Source of the DNA: Amoebophrya sp. A120
Taxonomy: Eukaryota; Protista; Dinoflagellata
NCBI GenBank assembly: GCA_905178155.1
Contig: CAJINV010000003.1
Span: forward strand, 10,567,075-10,605,553
Direction: 5' to 3'
DNA: 38,479 nt
Under the pieces are notes generated by a model. That model saw only the letters and a list, made by a program, of their open reading frames with translations, ran no database searches and had not been told where the DNA came from. Position numbers and translations under genes: made by a program. Positions 35,346 through 38,479 of the stretch are shown here, piece by piece; the stretch's first letter is position 1, and every line of letters begins with the position of its first letter.

Positions 35346-37406
35346 TGGAGGTTGGGCTGCGTGCCACTAGTACATGGCTAGGTTAGCTATTTGCATTCAA
35401 TTTCTTTTGTTGGGTGCGGCCGCTGGAGGTCCAGCGCCTTGTTACCTCCGAATTACTACTTAGCTGCTACAACTTTAGGCAAAAAATATAAAACGCAAGC
35501 AGGCACCAGGGAGCGGTTACTAGTAAAGCACCAATTTGATGCTGGCAACATGTTGGAATCGTTAAACTGCGGTGGAGGAGAAGCAGAGCAGCGTCTTGAT
35601 TGTTTCAAAATTCAATGAATAGGAGCTGATCTACTACTCTTTTAGTACGGTTTATAGTTGTTATAGTATTAAAAAAGCACCAATTTGATGATGCTCTCGC
35701 CCGCCCTAAAATCGCGGTTAGACAAGAAGGCCTCAAAGGGTGCTGCAAGAGGTGGGAGCGCTCAAACTTTTCGCATTTTTCTGAAAGCAAATCCAAACTC
35801 TCACACTTGTGCGACGCAAATATTACCTAGGTGCGGCACTGTGATCCAATAAGAGTCAAAGCGGGGAAAAGGGACGGGGAGTGAGAGGACGAAAAGGAGG
35901 GCATAGGGAAGGACGGAGAGAAGCAGCGGCTACCCTTGGTAGCTGCAGAAAGTGCGGAGAAAAAGTAGAAAACGGAGAAAGTATCTGCGAAAGAAGAATC
36001 CGAAAAAGCGACAGCTTGGGCGCGTGTGCGAAAAAGCGTGCAAGTTAGTTAGTGCGCAACAGGACTTCGTAGCGCGAAGCGCGGAACCAACAGAAACGCA
36101 CATTGCGCTAGTGGGGTGAGCAAGCCGCGCAACAGGAAAAAAAGACGCGCAACTACGCACGGATGGCGGGCAAAAAAAAAAAGAGAAAAAAAAGTCGCGG
36201 AGCGAGGCAATCCCGGGCGAGGGGCGAGGAGTCAGCCGGTCACGTAGAGAACCGCCGCAAATAAATTAGCGCCTTGAATTGGGTTGACGAAAGTGCGCGC
36301 CTTCGGCGAGGCTAGGTAGAGGCCAGAAAACAGAGCCAGCGGCGAAGGTCTGTCGTGGTGTGTTTTCGCTGCGATTCTTGCTCATTATGTGACAATTGGA
36401 AAAGAAGATCTGCGCGATAGCTTCTTGAGCGCGCTAGCTTTTCTCGCATACAAAAACAAATAAAAAGGATCGATAAGGGAGCGAGCGGGCGAAAGCTCTC
36501 TCTGCATGGCGAAGAATTTACACAATTCCCTGCTGTACTAAGGTACTTTTTCGACTTTTTGCATTACCTCCCTCCTCTCACCTTATCCCCACGGTTTTTA
36601 CCTCCTTCCTGTTGCTCCGGTCCTCTTTCCCTCCTTTTTTCTCTTCTCCTGTCTCTCTGCTTCTGCTAGTTCCTTCTCATTGTCTGTACCTCAGCCATAG
36701 ATAGTTTCGTAGTCATTGTCATGCTTTACAGGCTGCGCAACAATTCGACCCCCTTTCGCCGTGGCGAAAGGGGCGGTGGCGGCCCGCTGGAGACCAACCT
36801 CCCCCGCCCCCCCCTTTGCTTCGCCGGGAGACGTGCGCAGCTAAAAAAATCGCGGGGCGCGGCGCGCGTGCCCGCTGCGCGTGGGCCTGGAAGGCCAGCG
36901 GAAGGCTGGGCCCTCGTTGCCTGGAGCCCCGGCGCCCTCTTGTATTGCCCCATCCGGAAACCGGCCCGGCAAGTTGTGTGCGAGTTCGGCGCCCCATACA
37001 TCTAGACCCATGCTTTCGGAGTGTAAAAATTAACCATCCCCAACATCCGCTTTCTGCATGGCAGGCGCAGAATTTCCTACATGTCTTTCGTGGCAAATTC
37101 GATGGGGATGGCGATGGTTGACTTTGAGAGAGTACACATTAATAGTTTTAGTTTTAGTAAACGTAGCGCAAATGATGAAAAACCTGGCGAAGGGGTACGC
37201 TCATAAAACGTCAAGCTCCCGATAGTCAATGTATCCCCTCCGTCTTCATGTCGCTTCTAGGATTTTATCATCATTTTCATCTTGCTGTTGGCGATGGAGG
37301 TTGAGGTGAGTATTAATTATGTATGTTGTGTGGTGTCTGCTTATCATGATCAGAATGCCGCGCGGCCCGATTTACAAAGCGACATCGTCATCTACAACTA
37401 GACCAC

Positions 37407-38094
37407 TGTGAGCATGATCAAGAATTTGTTCTTGACAAGCATCCCGATCTGAATTGACTAAATTGAAATCACGATGTAAATCACGATGCTACGATGATGA
37501 TTCAAAATGAGGTCTCATGCAAATCACGATGCTCATGAGAAGGAACAAAAATGAAGTTCACTCTAATCCCGCTCTGTGTACTAGTGACGATCAAGTCAAC
37601 GATTGTTTATCTGATATTTTTTTCAAGAATGTCAACCGAATTTTCACGGTGTGAAGACAATCAACGACGAAGAAACGCGGGCGGTGTGAACACTGGCCAT
37701 CTTGCATGTCAAGCAGAATCTAAGTGGGATTCAGTGTTTCTTAGTCGCAATCAATCTATGGTGACTATCGTCACAGCCTGTGGGGAAAAATTTAGCGTTC
37801 CAGACAACACACAAATTTTGACGTCTCAGTCAGGGGGGTAAATCATGAAAGTTCCAATTTGTCTAATCGCCCTAAATTTGTGAAAAAAATATCAGATCAA
37901 CAATCGTTGATCGTCACTAGTACACAGAGCGGGATTAGAGTGAGCTTCATTTTTGTTCCTTCTCATGAGCATCGTGATTTGCATGAGACCTCATTTTGAA
38001 TCATCATCGTAGCATCGTGATTTACATCGTGATTTCAATTTAGTCAATTCAGATCGGGATGCTTGTCAAGAACAAATTCTTGATCATGCTCACA
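37407..38094 (-). mobile_element. 3' LTR of a Ty1/copia element (TG...CA, 688 bp) with ~215-bp inverted arms
   Basis: Starts directly after the polypurine tract on the minus strand. 37407-37625 is the reverse complement of 37881-38094. Confidence 0.8.
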
Positions 38095-38105
38095 TTCCCC
38101 CTTCC
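38095..38105 (-). other. Polypurine tract GGAAGGGGGAA
   Basis: Lies between the pol stop codon and the TGTG start of the LTR. Confidence 0.85.
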
Positions 38106-38175
38106 GAATGAACATGAAATCATCTCGAGAAATCTTAGATGTGATGAATTCGTGTGAAATTCGAATCAATGAATC

Positions 38176-38479
38176 CTAGAGATTATTGAAATCGACAAAA
38201 TGAGCTTTCGCAAATACTTCATTAGCTTTTCTTGCGGGAGCTTTGAAGATTTGGATATACTTCTCTCCTGGAAGTGGTTTGGTCAATCCATCCGCTAGAT
38301 TGATATCCGTGTTTACATAGCACAAGTCTTTTACGTAGTCTCGTACTAGGTGTAGTCGAAGACTCATGTGCTTGGATCTTTTCGTGGCTACGGTTGTCTG
38401 ACTCAACGCAAGCGCGGACTTGTTGTCGTTGAAGATCAACGGTAGAGATCCTGACTCTTGTTCTGAAAACCAGTTCAAA
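38176..38479 (-). CDS. C-terminus of Ty1/copia pol (RNase H), continuing beyond the window
   Basis: DNKSALAL...KRSKHMSLRLHLVRD...YVNTDINLADGLTKPL is the copia RNase H signature. Confidence 0.93.
   Translation of the reverse strand, partial: LNWFSEQESGSLPLIFNDNKSALALSQTTVATKRSKHMSLRLHLVRDYVKDLCYVNTDINLADGLTKPLPGEKYIQIFKAPARKANEVFAKAHFVDFNNL

Noticed and set aside
35860-36690. Purine-rich and pyrimidine-rich arms as a foldback element
   Set aside because: Only compositional symmetry; no alignable TIR or TSD found.
37170-37276. Small degenerate inverted repeat next to the LTR
   Set aside because: Short, imperfect, AT-rich and without a TSD.

Overview
Eukaryotic (protist-like) genomic DNA. All recognisable host genes lie on the + strand: a conserved hypothetical gene, a WRN-like RecQ helicase, two FkbM-like methyltransferases, a GT47/exostosin glycosyltransferase, a decayed secreted-protein gene and a GT31 galactosyltransferase fused to a GT-D-like domain. 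The main signal is five non-coding elements inside coding sequences (7303-8006, 22265-22639, 28552-28844, 29570-29824, 33695-33977). They have terminal inverted repeats (TIRs), mostly TA...TA ends, and perfect or degenerate 5-bp target-site duplications (TSDs). Removing each element plus one TSD rejoins the flanking ORFs in frame, so they look like introner-type introns, and only two offer a GT-AG register. Four belong to one family (TATGCAwTGCAAA...TCTGGGTCTGGAAG), apparently inserted in both orientations. An intergenic element of the same architecture (16813-18007) has its empty site in the window. The right end holds the 3' end of a Ty1/copia element whose 688-bp LTR has about 215-bp inverted arms. 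A near-identical upstream-plus-signal-peptide cassette is shared by two otherwise very divergent methyltransferase genes. Unidirectional genes plus inverted-repeat introns resemble what is described for Amoebophrya-like dinoflagellates; that taxonomy is inference only. All alignments were done by eye.
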